This document shows positions 33,914 through 44,935 of a stretch of 64,000 nt of DNA, piece by piece (the first letter of the stretch is position 1; every line of letters starts with the position of its first letter). Both the position numbers and the translations under genes were made by a program. The DNA is from Rhynchopus sp. YZ270_cl-10. Lineage: Eukaryota. The notes under the pieces were generated by a model. That model made no database searches. It was not told where the DNA came from and worked only from the letters and a program-made list of their open reading frames with translations. The stretch covers positions 1,860,001 through 1,924,000 of the forward strand of contig OZ037833.1 of NCBI GenBank assembly GCA_964035575.1, read 5' to 3'.

Positions 33914-36900
33914 CAGGGCTTCCCACAGGGGGGACCAGGGGGGACCAGTGGTCCCCCTGGGAGAAAAAAAAAAAAAATAAGGGGGGACCAGGGGGGACCA
34001 GGGGGGACCAGGGGGGACCAGCCTGCCCTTGAGTGTTCCGAGGCTGCCTGTTAGGAATTTTCCACATTTTTTTTAATTTTCCCTACCCTCCCGTCCCCGC
34101 GCATCCAAATACAGGCAACTAACAGGGGGAAAAAAAAGATGGCACCAAAAAAGTCCACCGGACCAAGACAGGTTTCCATAATGGAATTTGCAAAGCGACC
34201 GGCGGAGTCCCAGATATCGTCTCAGGCCCCGAAGAGGCAGAAAATAACGGTTGCAAAGAACCACGAGTATGCCACATGGGACGTGGTCGCAGCCCGTGAG
34301 CAGGCCGCGGTGAGGAAGGTTGTGCTGGACGAAAACGCAACTGCTGAAGATATTGTTCAAGAAATAAAAAAACACGACTTCAACCGCTACTACAACACGT
34401 GGACTGGGGAAGAGACTAAGGTTCAAGTGGCACTTCGTGGAATGTCGTGGAAGATCTCGGGGATGGGCTACGAGAAGAAGGACGCAGTGATCCAGCGAGT
34501 AAAGGAAAGAGACGAGAACGATCGCAGGGCAAGGGAAACACCCCCACCTGAACCTCTTCCGGAAGTGACGGCAGCCTTGTCGAATACCAACGTCCCCCCT
34601 TCATCAGCTCCTCCTTCTTCGAAGGCTGCACCGAAACCGGCCGCAAAAAAGTACCACACCGTTCTCACTCCGAAGGCAAAATCCCGTCAGCAGGGGGGTA
34701 CGAAGGATGCGGACTTGTGGGTGCTGGACAACCAGGAGGAACCGGAGGGGGGAGCCGACTGGAAGTTCGAAATCCCCTACCCCCACATTCCAAGAAAGAA
34801 GCCTCAGAAGAACTGCGAAGAGAAAAAAAAGGGTGTGGAGCCCGAGGCAGATGACAGAGACGTGTGCGACGGAGTGGTGTCATTCCTAGCAGGGAACCCC
34901 TTGGAGTGCGAAGATGTTGCGGTCGTCGACGAGGATGGCAACGTAAAGGACAACAACGAGAACAACACCAACACCAACGAGGACGAGGACGACGACGACG
35001 AGGATGACGACGAGGAGGATGACAACAACGAGAACGAGAACGACATGGCAGACAGCGAGAGCTCAGAAGAACCCACGGAATACAACACCCCCAATAAGTT
35101 GGCATTCTCTGAGCAGCAAAGGTTCCTGAACGCCGCTGATAAGTACGAGTGGGTCTTCGCATCAAAGAGAGGGTACTGGTGCAGGTTGTGCAAGAAGCAT
35201 CTTGCGCTGGCTATCAGCGCGAAGCGTCCTGATGCAGATGGCTCGTTTTTCGAGGTCCCATGTTGTGATGTGACACGAATCACAAAAAAGAAGTGTCCTG
35301 AACACGCGAAAACTGCGAGCCACGTGGCAGCTGTGGAGGCAGAGAGGACACGGAACAGCGGGACCGGGATGATTGTAAAGACATCCAAAGCGCATCAGAG
35401 CATGAACCGGCGTCAGCTGCTGAAGCTCACAGCCAATTTGTACTGGTTGGTGAAGCGAGGGGTGAGCCACAGCACCAATTACGCCAGCCTCGCACAGCAC
35501 TCGGCAAGGTGGGACGCCGACCTGAAGGCCTTCATTGAAACGAAGAACGCTTCCTACACTAGCAGGCGGACAATGCAGGAGCTTCTGGACGCGATTAACA
35601 CCGAGCTGCAGTTTCGCATCGAGTCCCGCGTGCGACAAAGTAAGTACATTACTGTGCTTGCTGATGAGACGCAAGATATCTGCCGTCGCTCTGAATTGTC
35701 GGTGTACATACGTGGCGTTGATGGCAAAGGCGAGAGCTTCGAGCATTTTTGGGGTATCGCACCGTTGACAGATGGGAAGGGTGCGGCAGGTGTGTACACC
35801 GACATTGCAGAGAGAGTGTCCTACATGGACGTGCACCGTGCGAGAGGGGTACCGCTGGAGACGGACGAGCAGCCACCCGCCCGCGAGATGATTGGCGGGA
35901 AGAAGATTGTTGGTGTTGGGTTCGATGGAACCAACACGATGTCGGGTGGGTTTTCTGGTGTGCAGACGAGGTTTAAGTATTTTCAAAATATTTATATTAT
36001 CTACGTCTGGTGCAGAAACCACCAGCTGAACCTCTCTCTGCAGTGGGCTGGGCAGAGCCATGTTGACGTGATGAGTGCGATCAACAGCCAGCGCGACATC
36101 TACTGGTACGTTCGCAGTTCCGGTGAACGAGTCTTGGCCGTGTCCAACGCCTGCAACCAGCTCAAGCAGGTAGTGGAGTGGCTGAACCTGCCAGACCTGC
36201 AGCTGGAGAAGGGGGCCGACACCCGTTGGCTCACCAACGAGAAAGGGTGCACGACGCTGCTGAACACCCTCCCCTCCATCCACCACGCCCTCAGCCAGAT
36301 CCACCAGCAGGACGGCGATGCCATCACCAGGGGACTGTTGGAAACGCTGGAGTCGCCGAGGTTCGTTGCGGCAAACTTCCTCCTCGCCAGCGTCTTCATC
36401 GTGATGAAGCCGCTGAACCTGAAGTTGCAAGAATCTTGTGCTGGATTGGTCATGATTCCTGACCTGCTGAAGTCCACACAGGAATCACTCGAGCGACTCG
36501 CGGAAGGTGTGGAGAACGGTGCAGAGTACAAGTATCTTCAATGGACTACGTACTACAACACTGTTGTGGCTCGCTTGTCGGGGAAGAAGGTCTGTCCGGA
36601 AGCTTTTCTTCGGTTTCACGAAACCACCACTAGAAGCTACGTGAAAGATCTAATCGCACAGCTTACCGCAAGGTTTTGTGATTCCGCAATATTCACAAAC
36701 ATCGCAGTACTGGATCCGCAGCGAGACTTCGGTGACAAGCCCGATGAAGACGAAGCCTTAATACACAACCTTACTCACTTCTTCTGCACCAAGCGGTCCC
36801 AGAAACTAGATGGTTATCCGGAAACGAAGAGCTACGACCCCCCTTACAACGATCATGACAAGCAAACAATACGGTTCCAGCTTACCTTGCTCCTCACAAA

Positions 36901-37711
36901 AATAAGGCAACAGCGGGAAGCAAGCGCGAACCCTGCGAAGTACACGTTCTCAGATGCTGTGCGTTATGCAGTTGCGTGCCATTCGTTGACGTTGCCCAAA
37001 GCAGTTGATTTCCTTCTTCGTGTCGCATGCTTGCCTGGTAGTACGGCTGTGGTGGAGCGTGCATTTTCAGTTTTGAAACTGGTACTGACGCGTCTCAGGG
37101 CCAGCATGCTGATCACGACGTTAGATGCCCTCATGAGGATAAAAATTGAGGGACCTCAGGTGCCTTCTCTTCCGTTTTTGAACAGCGTTGTCGATCGATT
37201 CATCAAAGCGGCACCAAAGACAGGAAGACGCCGCGATTTTGGTACTGTAGCATGAGAGAATTTTATTGTATGGATCAGTTTTATGTGTGCAGCCTTTGAC
37301 CCTTTTCGTGTGTCGTCATCGAGCTATGTTGCATTGCGGTTCCCCCACCCCACCCCATCAGTGTAAACAAAATTGAGAAAAGGATCCCCCCCCCGTTCAC
37401 TACTTTCTTCAGAGCAGGAAACTGCTTTTTCTTTTTACCTTTCTTTTTTCCAGCGTTTTTGGCGACATAGTGCCTGAAAAAGACCAGAAACTAAGTTTCA
37501 GCTTCAATTTTTTGCAAATAACCCCCCACTACGTTCTTCAGAGAAGTAGTCAGTGGGAGCGTCCGTAGTGCGTAAAGGCGCGTAACGTAACGTAGAGTCA
37601 GCGTTAATGCTACATACCACACACAACAAGGCGCGAAAAAAAAAATTTTTTCACCTTTTTTTGGCTGGTCCCCCTGGGAGGCCAAAACCCCAGATCCTGC
37701 GGGAAGCCCTG
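33914..37711 (+). mobile_element. Autonomous hAT DNA transposon, 3798 bp, with 6-bp TSD
   Basis: TIR CAGGGCTTCCC(A/G)CAGG (15/16 match); AAATGT at 33908-33913 and 37712-37717; subterminal GGGGGGACCA arrays (33928-34020) and an inverted copy at about 37667. Confidence 0.93.
34139..37255 (+). CDS. hAT transposase (Tip100/ZNF862-like), intact, 1038 aa
   Basis: Zn-finger YWCRLCKK...H....H; catalytic motifs LADETQD and GFDGTNTMSG; CRNH (CxxH); DTRW; C-terminal PGSTAVVERAFS. Confidence 0.93.
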   Translation: MAPKKSTGPRQVSIMEFAKRPAESQISSQAPKRQKITVAKNHEYATWDVVAAREQAAVRKVVLDENATAEDIVQEIKKHDFNRYYNTWTGEETKVQVALRGMSWKISGMGYEKKDAVIQRVKERDENDRRARETPPPEPLPEVTAALSNTNVPPSSAPPSSKAAPKPAAKKYHTVLTPKAKSRQQGGTKDADLWVLDNQEEPEGGADWKFEIPYPHIPRKKPQKNCEEKKKGVEPEADDRDVCDGVVSFLAGNPLECEDVAVVDEDGNVKDNNENNTNTNEDEDDDDEDDDEEDDNNENENDMADSESSEEPTEYNTPNKLAFSEQQRFLNAADKYEWVFASKRGYWCRLCKKHLALAISAKRPDADGSFFEVPCCDVTRITKKKCPEHAKTASHVAAVEAERTRNSGTGMIVKTSKAHQSMNRRQLLKLTANLYWLVKRGVSHSTNYASLAQHSARWDADLKAFIETKNASYTSRRTMQELLDAINTELQFRIESRVRQSKYITVLADETQDICRRSELSVYIRGVDGKGESFEHFWGIAPLTDGKGAAGVYTDIAERVSYMDVHRARGVPLETDEQPPAREMIGGKKIVGVGFDGTNTMSGGFSGVQTRFKYFQNIYIIYVWCRNHQLNLSLQWAGQSHVDVMSAINSQRDIYWYVRSSGERVLAVSNACNQLKQVVEWLNLPDLQLEKGADTRWLTNEKGCTTLLNTLPSIHHALSQIHQQDGDAITRGLLETLESPRFVAANFLLASVFIVMKPLNLKLQESCAGLVMIPDLLKSTQESLERLAEGVENGAEYKYLQWTTYYNTVVARLSGKKVCPEAFLRFHETTTRSYVKDLIAQLTARFCDSAIFTNIAVLDPQRDFGDKPDEDEALIHNLTHFFCTKRSQKLDGYPETKSYDPPYNDHDKQTIRFQLTLLLTKIRQQREASANPAKYTFSDAVRYAVACHSLTLPKAVDFLLRVACLPGSTAVVERAFSVLKLVLTRLRASMLITTLDALMRIKIEGPQVPSLPFLNSVVDRFIKAAPKTGRRRDFGTVA

Positions 37712-38253
37712 AAATGTACAAAAAAAAAAAAAAATTTTGTTGTTGACCGACAACCTACCAAGTAGGTTCAGTGCAAAACCCTGAAAGGCTAGGACTGGGC
37801 ATACTCAGCTGCATCTCTGTTTTTGTTGTTTTGCGTACTAAAATGGGATTTTTTTTTTTTTTGAATGACTTGTTGTAGAGTGTAATGCAGAAGCATGTCT
37901 TTTCACTGTTATTTATTTCCCCCCCGCCCGAATGTTTTGTTACTTTTGTGTTTTTTTGCTGTTTTTGTTGTTGTTTTCCCAGTATAGCTTGTATCAACTA
38001 TACTGTGATAACTTCCCACTCAGAACCCCGTATACTCCCTCCACCCTCAACTTTTTCGAGTGAGACCCAAAAAGAAAATACTTTACCCCGAGACTAAAAA
38101 AGCGAATATCTAAAAAGGGGGATGGGGGGAGAGGTGGGAGTTATACCACTATTCTTTCCAAAGACGAACACAGAACCCCTCCCTCCCTCCTGTGTTAACA
38201 CCCGGGGAATCCTGCTCCTTTTTTTTTCTTTTCTTCCCTTGAAAAAAAATCTT

Positions 38254-40435
38254 CTATTCTAAGTGAGAGACCATGAAGTTCATGACTGTTGTCATGATCT
38301 TTTCGTGGGACTGGATTTTGCTTACCTGCGTTTCGAGGCGTGCGAATTCTTCGTCCACCATCTCTTTGAGTTTGGACAGGGACTGGCGTTCCTGCTCCTT
38401 GACATGGGGGACGACTTCCTCCACGTGGCTGTCGAATGCGACCAGCAGTTCGCGTTGGTTCTTCGCCTTGACAATGAAGTCGTGGTGGAGCGCCTCGATG
38501 TCCTTTGTGGTCTGCTTCTCCCGGGAAACCACTGCTGCGCTTTCCGCAAGCAGCTTTTCGGTTGCGTCCTTCACGTAATCGACGTTCTCCTGCAGACGAT
38601 CATTGTCCTTTTCCGACGAGTGTTTGTACTCATTGACAAGACTCTGCACGTTCTCCATGGTGTGCTCGAGGGCCTCTCTCCCGCGCTCCTGCTTTCTCCG
38701 CTTCTGCTCGACAAGCTTCTCCTTCATCTTGTCAATCGCGAAGTCGATGCCTGCCTCGGGAATGTCCTCTTCAGCCATCTGCCCGGTGATGTTCTGGAAA
38801 GGTGACGGGTCGTGCATCTCTGCAACTCTGTGGGGAAGCGGGGTGCGCCCCTTTGCTGGCATGTCCAGCGTCATGTCGTCGCTGTTTGTGACACGGGAGC
38901 GTGGTGCCGTGCTTTGCTTCTCCTGCTTCGCGCGTTTCTGCGGAGGGGGTGTGCCCTCCGCAAACACCTCCTCACGGCCACGCTTTGTGCCAGTTTTCGA
39001 CTGTGATGCCTTCTGTAGAGGAGGGTGTGTGGTCGTGTGGGAAGTGTGCATGGCATACCACGTGGCGGCTCACCTCCTTCCAAAACCTCGCAAGGCTGTC
39101 CTCCTTCGCCGCTATCGCAAAGAGCAGCTCCTGGTCCCTCCCCGCAAGCTTCTGTGCCTCGCCACTCAGCTTCTTGGCGCGGAATTTGAAGGTGATAACC
39201 TTGGTCTTCACCTCAGCATTGGACATGGCTTTGAGGGGGATGTCCACATAATCGACCTGATGGGAGGGTGTTTTCAAGAGCACGAAAAATCAAAAAAACC
39301 ATCATATAAAACAACACAAATCAGACATTGCGTTAGAGCAAGGTGGGGTGACATACAACACTGCTTCCATCCTCAACAGGAAGCGCGACCTGGATATGCG
39401 TAGGGTTGCAGTGCACATGCACATCTGTGTGCTGGCGCTTCTTGCCGACACTCACGTCGTCACACTTGATGGAGGCGATCTTCGAGCTATCCGCACTGCT
39501 GTTGAACCCGAGCACGAAGAGCTCGCACTGCTGCGGGCTGACCGCCTGCAGGGCCTGCACCTGCTCCTTGCCCCACGCCTCGCGCAGCTTCGAGACAACA
39601 CCCTTGATGTCCTTCATGATGAGCTTGTACATGATCTCTGCAATGTACACCTGGGAGAAGAAGTCGTCACATTCCGGAAGATGGTTTGCAAGGCGCTCGA
39701 CTCCGATCAGCTGTCTATGACGGTCCGCTCCAAGAACTGCGGCACGCAGGGACTGAAAAAATGGTTTGAGTAAAGAGACATTATTTCAAGCAAAGATTGA
39801 AAACCCCAAATACAAAAGTTGAAACGTTCTCAAAAACGCAGATAAAATACGAAAAAATAGGCAACACATAACACACAGATTTTCCAATTTCTTTGATATC
39901 CTTCAAATGGAGTATTTATCAATCATACCGAAAGCGCTATTCTCCTGTTAAGGTATGCTTGGCTGTCGTCGATTGCAATGAGCTCAAGCTCGCTGTGGAT
40001 TCCAACGAAGAGCTCGGTGCGGAGCTTTGGAAGCTCAAGAATGACTTCCGTCATATCGAGCGCGCTTTCTAGGATGGATGTCTCCTTGAGGCCGACCCCA
40101 CGCTCCTGCATGCGCTTGAAGCATTTGATGAGGAAGCCTATCAGCTTGGAGTCGCTGAGGGTCTTTTGGTTTGACGCTTCTTCAAAGGCACGGAAGATGT
40201 GCATATTGCATGCCGCAATCATATGAGCAAGGTTCTCCGCGTCGTCATTGTCCAGAAGCTCCGTCATCGCACTCACCCATTCTCCAAGAATGGCCGGCTC
40301 CGCCTGAACCTGAGAACGAACGTTCGACGGAATGAATGTCTTATAGGGTTCCATCGCTGCAGCAATCTTACTGCCATTCGCCTTCAACGCAGTGCGCAAA
40401 AGCGCTACGTAGTTTCCCTTCTTTTTACCCGGCAT
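38254..40435 (-). CDS. SYCP2/Red1/KKT17-18-like protein, paralog B; at least 4 exons
   Basis: Exons joined by GT-AG introns at 39753-39928, 39257-39356 and 39013-39073; CDDFFSQVYIAEIMYKL resembles the SYCP2 GDY.LQV.I.EAL.R helix; FVLGFN...KIASIKC resembles the SYCP2 ARM-PH junction; C-terminal coiled coil. Confidence 0.62.
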
Positions 40436-40921
40436 TTTTGGTCCGGATTTCGTCAAAAAAGGGGTTTTTCCCAAAGAAAAAAAAGGGGGGTTAGTTAAAA
40501 GGTGTTTCTTTTTGTGTCTCTGTAAAAAAAAAAAATGGTGTAGGGAAAAAAATGACATCGTTGGTTAGTAACGAATGGGCGGAGGGAAGGAGGGGCAGGG
40601 GGGTATTGTATTTATTTCAAGATCCCCTTCCACTATTTTTTTTCTTATCTTTTTTCTCTAATTCAACAGTTAAAACCGCTGAGGGATCTTTTTTTGGGGG
40701 GCTTTTTTACCCATGAGATAACATCCACGCCACATTTTAGTTGCCAAAATGCCCTCTTTTTTATTGCATCGACAACCCTATCCCATCAAACCCCATCCCG
40801 ACCTTCAGGGATATCTACAACGACACACCTTAGGTCCCCCTGAGAGGGCAGATTAGTGTTTTTTTTGTTTCTTTGTTTCTAATGGTTGTCGTCTTCCTCT
40901 TCCTATTCCTCATCCTTTTGC

Positions 40922-41644
40922 TCAGACAATAACAGCATCCCCCGAAGCGATGTAGTCCCGCACTGTTTGATACGGAAGCACATAGAGGTCGCCTGCTTCA
41001 ATGACAATTGGTTCTAGTTCAGGTTCGAGTTCGACGTTTTCAACTGTTCTGCGGAACTGCGCGAAAATATTTTTTGGAAGATACGGCGTCGGCTGCGCCC
41101 GCAGCTTGTCTGCCTCGACCAACGCCTCTGGAAGCCCCTCGAGGGAGTCCCCCACGGTGCCTGCGGTGAGCTCTTTTTGGATCTGCAAAAATTTTTCGGC
41201 AAAGGTGAGTTCGCTGGAGGAGAGGCGGGAGCGGCGCTCTTCGTTGTCTAGAATATGCGCCGCGAAGGCTTCAATCTTAAGAAGCCTGGTACGAAGGTAT
41301 TCAATAAGGGTATAGCGAAGGCGGTCCCTCTCGCACTTAAAGAGAACATCGGCGTCGAAGGGGAGAGTACAGCCGACGTCCTCATTGGCCACAACGTCTT
41401 CATCTTCGAGAATTGTCTTGACTTCGTCGGCGCCTGGCCAGTATGGGAGTATCTCAGGCGCCCCGCATTCGTTTCGCCAAGAGATCATCATGCTTCGGTA
41501 CAGCTCGCTGGTTTCATTGCGATTCGCCTCAAAGGCTTGGCTCGCAAGCGACAGCGAAAAGAACATCTGTCCATCCACATCAATCTCCTCCTTCTCCACA
41601 TCATCGTCAATCAAAATCTCCTCCTTTTCCATAGACCCATCCAT
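40922..41644 (-). CDS. GINS4: GINS complex subunit Sld5
   Basis: SWRNECGAPEILPY, ERDRLRYTLIEYLRTRLLKIE, C-terminal beta domain GDLYVLPYQTVRDYI. Confidence 0.88.
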   Translation of the reverse strand: MDGSMEKEEILIDDDVEKEEIDVDGQMFFSLSLASQAFEANRNETSELYRSMMISWRNECGAPEILPYWPGADEVKTILEDEDVVANEDVGCTLPFDADVLFKCERDRLRYTLIEYLRTRLLKIEAFAAHILDNEERRSRLSSSELTFAEKFLQIQKELTAGTVGDSLEGLPEALVEADKLRAQPTPYLPKNIFAQFRRTVENVELEPELEPIVIEAGDLYVLPYQTVRDYIASGDAVIV

Positions 41645-41810
41645 GATGCGGTGTTATCTAAGCTGGGGAAAGTGATAGGATGTAATGAGGATGAGGAAGA
41701 AGTGAAGTTGATAGTGCAAACGCCTCTGGGAAGAATGATTATAGATAATTATTTTCAATCGAAAGATGGAGTTTTGTCCCACCAGCGTGCGAGGATGAGG
41801 AAGAACAAAG

Positions 41811-41919
41811 TGAAGTTGATAGTGCAAACGCCTCTGGGACGCAGGCACTGGCACTCCGTGGGTTATCGAACCCCGGAGTGTTGCGCTTGGGATTGGTTTA
41901 CAGGGAAGCTGTAAGCAGG
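41811..41919 (-). repeat. Long form of family A (three consecutive hairpins)
   Basis: Homologous to 42441-42555 and 46870-46998; a partial direct duplicate lies at 41687-41731. Confidence 0.85.
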
Positions 41920-42440
41920 TATACATTCATTACCCCACCCTGACCGGGAAGGGGGGACAACATGATTTAAAGATTCAAGAAAAGCACGTGTTTTAGCACA
42001 CAACACTGGGCGTCTGCTGAATCCAATGAGCGCTGGGGCGCCGACGGAACGGAGGGAGTGCACACGATCCTTTTTCACACCCGGGAATGGGGCGCGGCGG
42101 AGTTTCGCTGTTAAAGCCCGCATGTTGGTCTTGACGATGAGCCTTTGCATGGCCCGCCCACGCTCGCGGATATTAGAGGTCTGTTTGGCGAGGAAGACCC
42201 TTGTGCGCAATTCGAAGTCGACCGCGAGCTCGACACACGACACGTCGCGGGGTTCTTTGCTCCACTCGAGCGTAATCACCCACCACAGGAAAGCTTTCAA
42301 AGTGAACGCCTCCCTATAGGTGGAGGAAAAACTAGGTTGCAGCTTGGTCAGATATGTGCGGAAGGGGGTATCCCGTTTGGAGGCAGCAAATGTGAGATCC
42401 CAAGGATGTACAGCCGGGGCCACATCCACAGAACAAAAGT
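41863..42440 (-). mobile_element. Probable 5'-truncated non-LTR retrotransposon fragment (C-terminal ORF region)
   Basis: Open frame with LWWVITLEW...VSCVELAVDFE...LIGFSRRP, recalled as resembling protist LINE C-termini (unverified); the stop codon lies within the family A long repeat; bracketed by two family A copies. Confidence 0.4.
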
Positions 42441-42718
42441 GAAGCAATGATAGTAGCAAAACGCACTCCAGGACGCAAGGCACCTGACACTCCATGGGGT
42501 TATCAAACCCCCTGGAGTATTGCAACATTGGGAGTTGCTGACAAGGAAACTGTAAAAAATGGGGAGGAAAATCTTGAGTTATTTTTTTTGTCTAACGTTT
42601 TAGAGGAAAGATCTGGGTGGGGAAGAAAATTGAGGACACTTCTGCCCTTTTTGAGCACTTTTTTCTTCTTCCATTCTGTTTTAATTACTCCATTTTATCA
42701 TTTTTTAAAAAACCCACT

Positions 42719-44458
42719 TTAACTCTGAAGCTGTTCTCCCCCTCCAAGAGGCATCGTTTCTGGGGTTCTCTGAACTGATTCCTGCGGGGTCACGAAATCT
42801 TCTACTATCCCGGTCATGGAGAGTTCGATTTCTTGCATTTCGCGGGGTGCGGTATCTCCTCCTCCTCCTCCACCTCCACCCCCTTCAGACACACCAGAGA
42901 ACGACCGATGCAGATCGACACTGTCCACCAAACTCCCCGACGGACCTCGCGTAGATTCTTCCATTCTAATATGCGACAGTACCGACGTGCGTTTCCAAAG
43001 CTCATTCATCGCAGATAGAATCTCTTCGGGGCTCTTCCCTTTTGTCTCTACCATTCGTGTTGCAACAAAAACCAATCCAACAACGCAAAACACAGTATGA
43101 AACAGAATAGCCGCCGACAACCCGATAGCCTCTCTGAGCACTGGAAAGAGAAGTGTAGTGATCAGTTGGAAAACCCCTTGAGTTACAGTTTGGACTCCAA
43201 GAAAGCGGGCTCTCGCCTCAGAAGGGAACATCTCAGATCCGACCGCAAAATTGACCGGACCAAATGAAACCTGATACGCGATGTACCCCATAAAACAGCC
43301 CGCCACCACAAGAAACTGTGCACCTCCGTTGCAGCCCCCGCAGTACGCTGGGCAGCTCCCGCAAAAGTCTTGCATTTCGTGTTTGTTGTCCACCTCACAT
43401 CCATCTGCTATGTGGCACCCCTCCATGGAAGCACCCAAGGCAATTCCTACACAGCTTACAATCAAAAGCGACATCCCACACATATAGAAGACCCGTCTCC
43501 CGTATGCGTCAAGCTTTAAAACACTGAGGAGTGTTGTACTGACTTTGACTACTCCTAGACCGACAGCAAGGCGGCTGGCCAATCCACCAGTTACTCCGAC
43601 GGAATTGAAAATTCGGATAGCATAAATCCTGATGTTGATTCCTCCTGTAAGCAGCCCCAGCGCCTGGATGCACAGCACAGCGTAGAACGGTATACGCCAC
43701 TCCTTCAGCGCAGTGCGGAAATGCGGAATCGGTTTCGAAACGGTGTCTCGAATTTGCTGCATATGCACTTCACCTCCTCCAATCCGTTTGATCGCCTCCT
43801 GCGCTTCCTCATCTCTTCCCTGCGAAAGAAGCCATACAGGACTCTCCGGGACAACAACGAAACAGAGAAATTGAATGATCGATGCGGGAATGCTTAACAC
43901 AACGAGAAGACGCCATGAAACGTCTGCAGAATTGACGAGAAGTGCAACAAAAAGACCGATTGTGATGGTCAACTCATATGCGGAAACGCCTCGACCCCTA
44001 TACGCAGCAGGGACAATCTCTGATACCCAAGCTACATTAGAGAGGACACCCCAAGCAAATCCAAAACCCATGATAATTCTTCCGATTAAAAGCTGCGCAA
44101 CCCCAGAGGAGGTTGCAACCAAAATGGAGCCTGCGGAAAGCGCGAAGCACTGTGCACGAATCATCGTTTTACGACCTAATTTGTCGGTCAAATGCCCACC
44201 AACTATTGCACCACAGACTTGCCCTAACGAAGCCCCTGCTACCACCATGCCTTCCCATGCAGGACTCAAATCAAACTGTTCCACCAAAGCTGGCAATGCA
44301 CCTACAATAACACCAAGGTCATATCCAAACACAAACCCGCCCACCCCTGCCACGCATATGCACATTGTGATCATCCGTGTAGGGCTTTCCTCCTGGTCCT
44401 CGTAAGGCGGCATCTCATGAGAGGCATCCACTTCTGCCGCTATCTCTGACTCAGACAT
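42719..44458 (-). CDS. MFS sugar porter family transporter
   Basis: FVFGYDLGVI, DKLGRK, PESPVWL, DAYGRR, SEMFP...R, VETKGKS.EEI; about 12 hydrophobic segments. Confidence 0.92.
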   Translation of the reverse strand: MSESEIAAEVDASHEMPPYEDQEESPTRMITMCICVAGVGGFVFGYDLGVIVGALPALVEQFDLSPAWEGMVVAGASLGQVCGAIVGGHLTDKLGRKTMIRAQCFALSAGSILVATSSGVAQLLIGRIIMGFGFAWGVLSNVAWVSEIVPAAYRGRGVSAYELTITIGLFVALLVNSADVSWRLLVVLSIPASIIQFLCFVVVPESPVWLLSQGRDEEAQEAIKRIGGGEVHMQQIRDTVSKPIPHFRTALKEWRIPFYAVLCIQALGLLTGGINIRIYAIRIFNSVGVTGGLASRLAVGLGVVKVSTTLLSVLKLDAYGRRVFYMCGMSLLIVSCVGIALGASMEGCHIADGCEVDNKHEMQDFCGSCPAYCGGCNGGAQFLVVAGCFMGYIAYQVSFGPVNFAVGSEMFPSEARARFLGVQTVTQGVFQLITTLLFPVLREAIGLSAAILFHTVFCVVGLVFVATRMVETKGKSPEEILSAMNELWKRTSVLSHIRMEESTRGPSGSLVDSVDLHRSFSGVSEGGGGGGGGGDTAPREMQEIELSMTGIVEDFVTPQESVQRTPETMPLGGGEQLQS

Positions 44459-44935
44459 TATCTCTAAGGGGAAAGGGATGTCTGGAGGTGAAGGGGTGGT
44501 AGGGGAGAAAGGGGAGAAAGGGGGATGAAAAATAGAAAATGAAAAATGAAAAATGGGATGGTACTTAAAATGTGAGGAAAAAAATGCCTCTAGAATAAAG
44601 CTAAAGTGGGAATACTAGAAAAAACACAGAGACTTTTTGTGTAAAAAAAAAGAGAAAAAAGGATGGGGAGGTGTTGACAGCCTGACGGTTGTCGTACTAA
44701 AAAAAAAAAGGAGAGGAAAGTTGGTGAGGTGACTAAACCCATCTGTGTTAAGTCGAGAATGAAGGGTAAAATTGGTTGGTTTCTTTCTAAGAGACGACCG
44801 TTCTTCAAAAAAAATAATGGTTGTAGTGTAGAGAAATCAGAGACATTTTGTTAACCTTTTTTTGGAAACCATTGTTGCCACCTTTTTGCAACCGTAGTCT
44901 CCGTTGAGATTCGGGGAAATGGAGTGAACCTACAC

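Noticed and set aside
41852..41880. Minus-strand GGTTCGA (also GTTCGATCC at about 8698-8706) as a tRNA T-arm or B-box
   Set aside because: No cloverleaf, no A-box at a suitable distance, and the motif is altered in the other copies
42536..42555. CTGACAAGGAAAC as a hammerhead ribozyme core
   Set aside because: Lacks CUGANGA and stem II, and is not conserved in the 41811 copy
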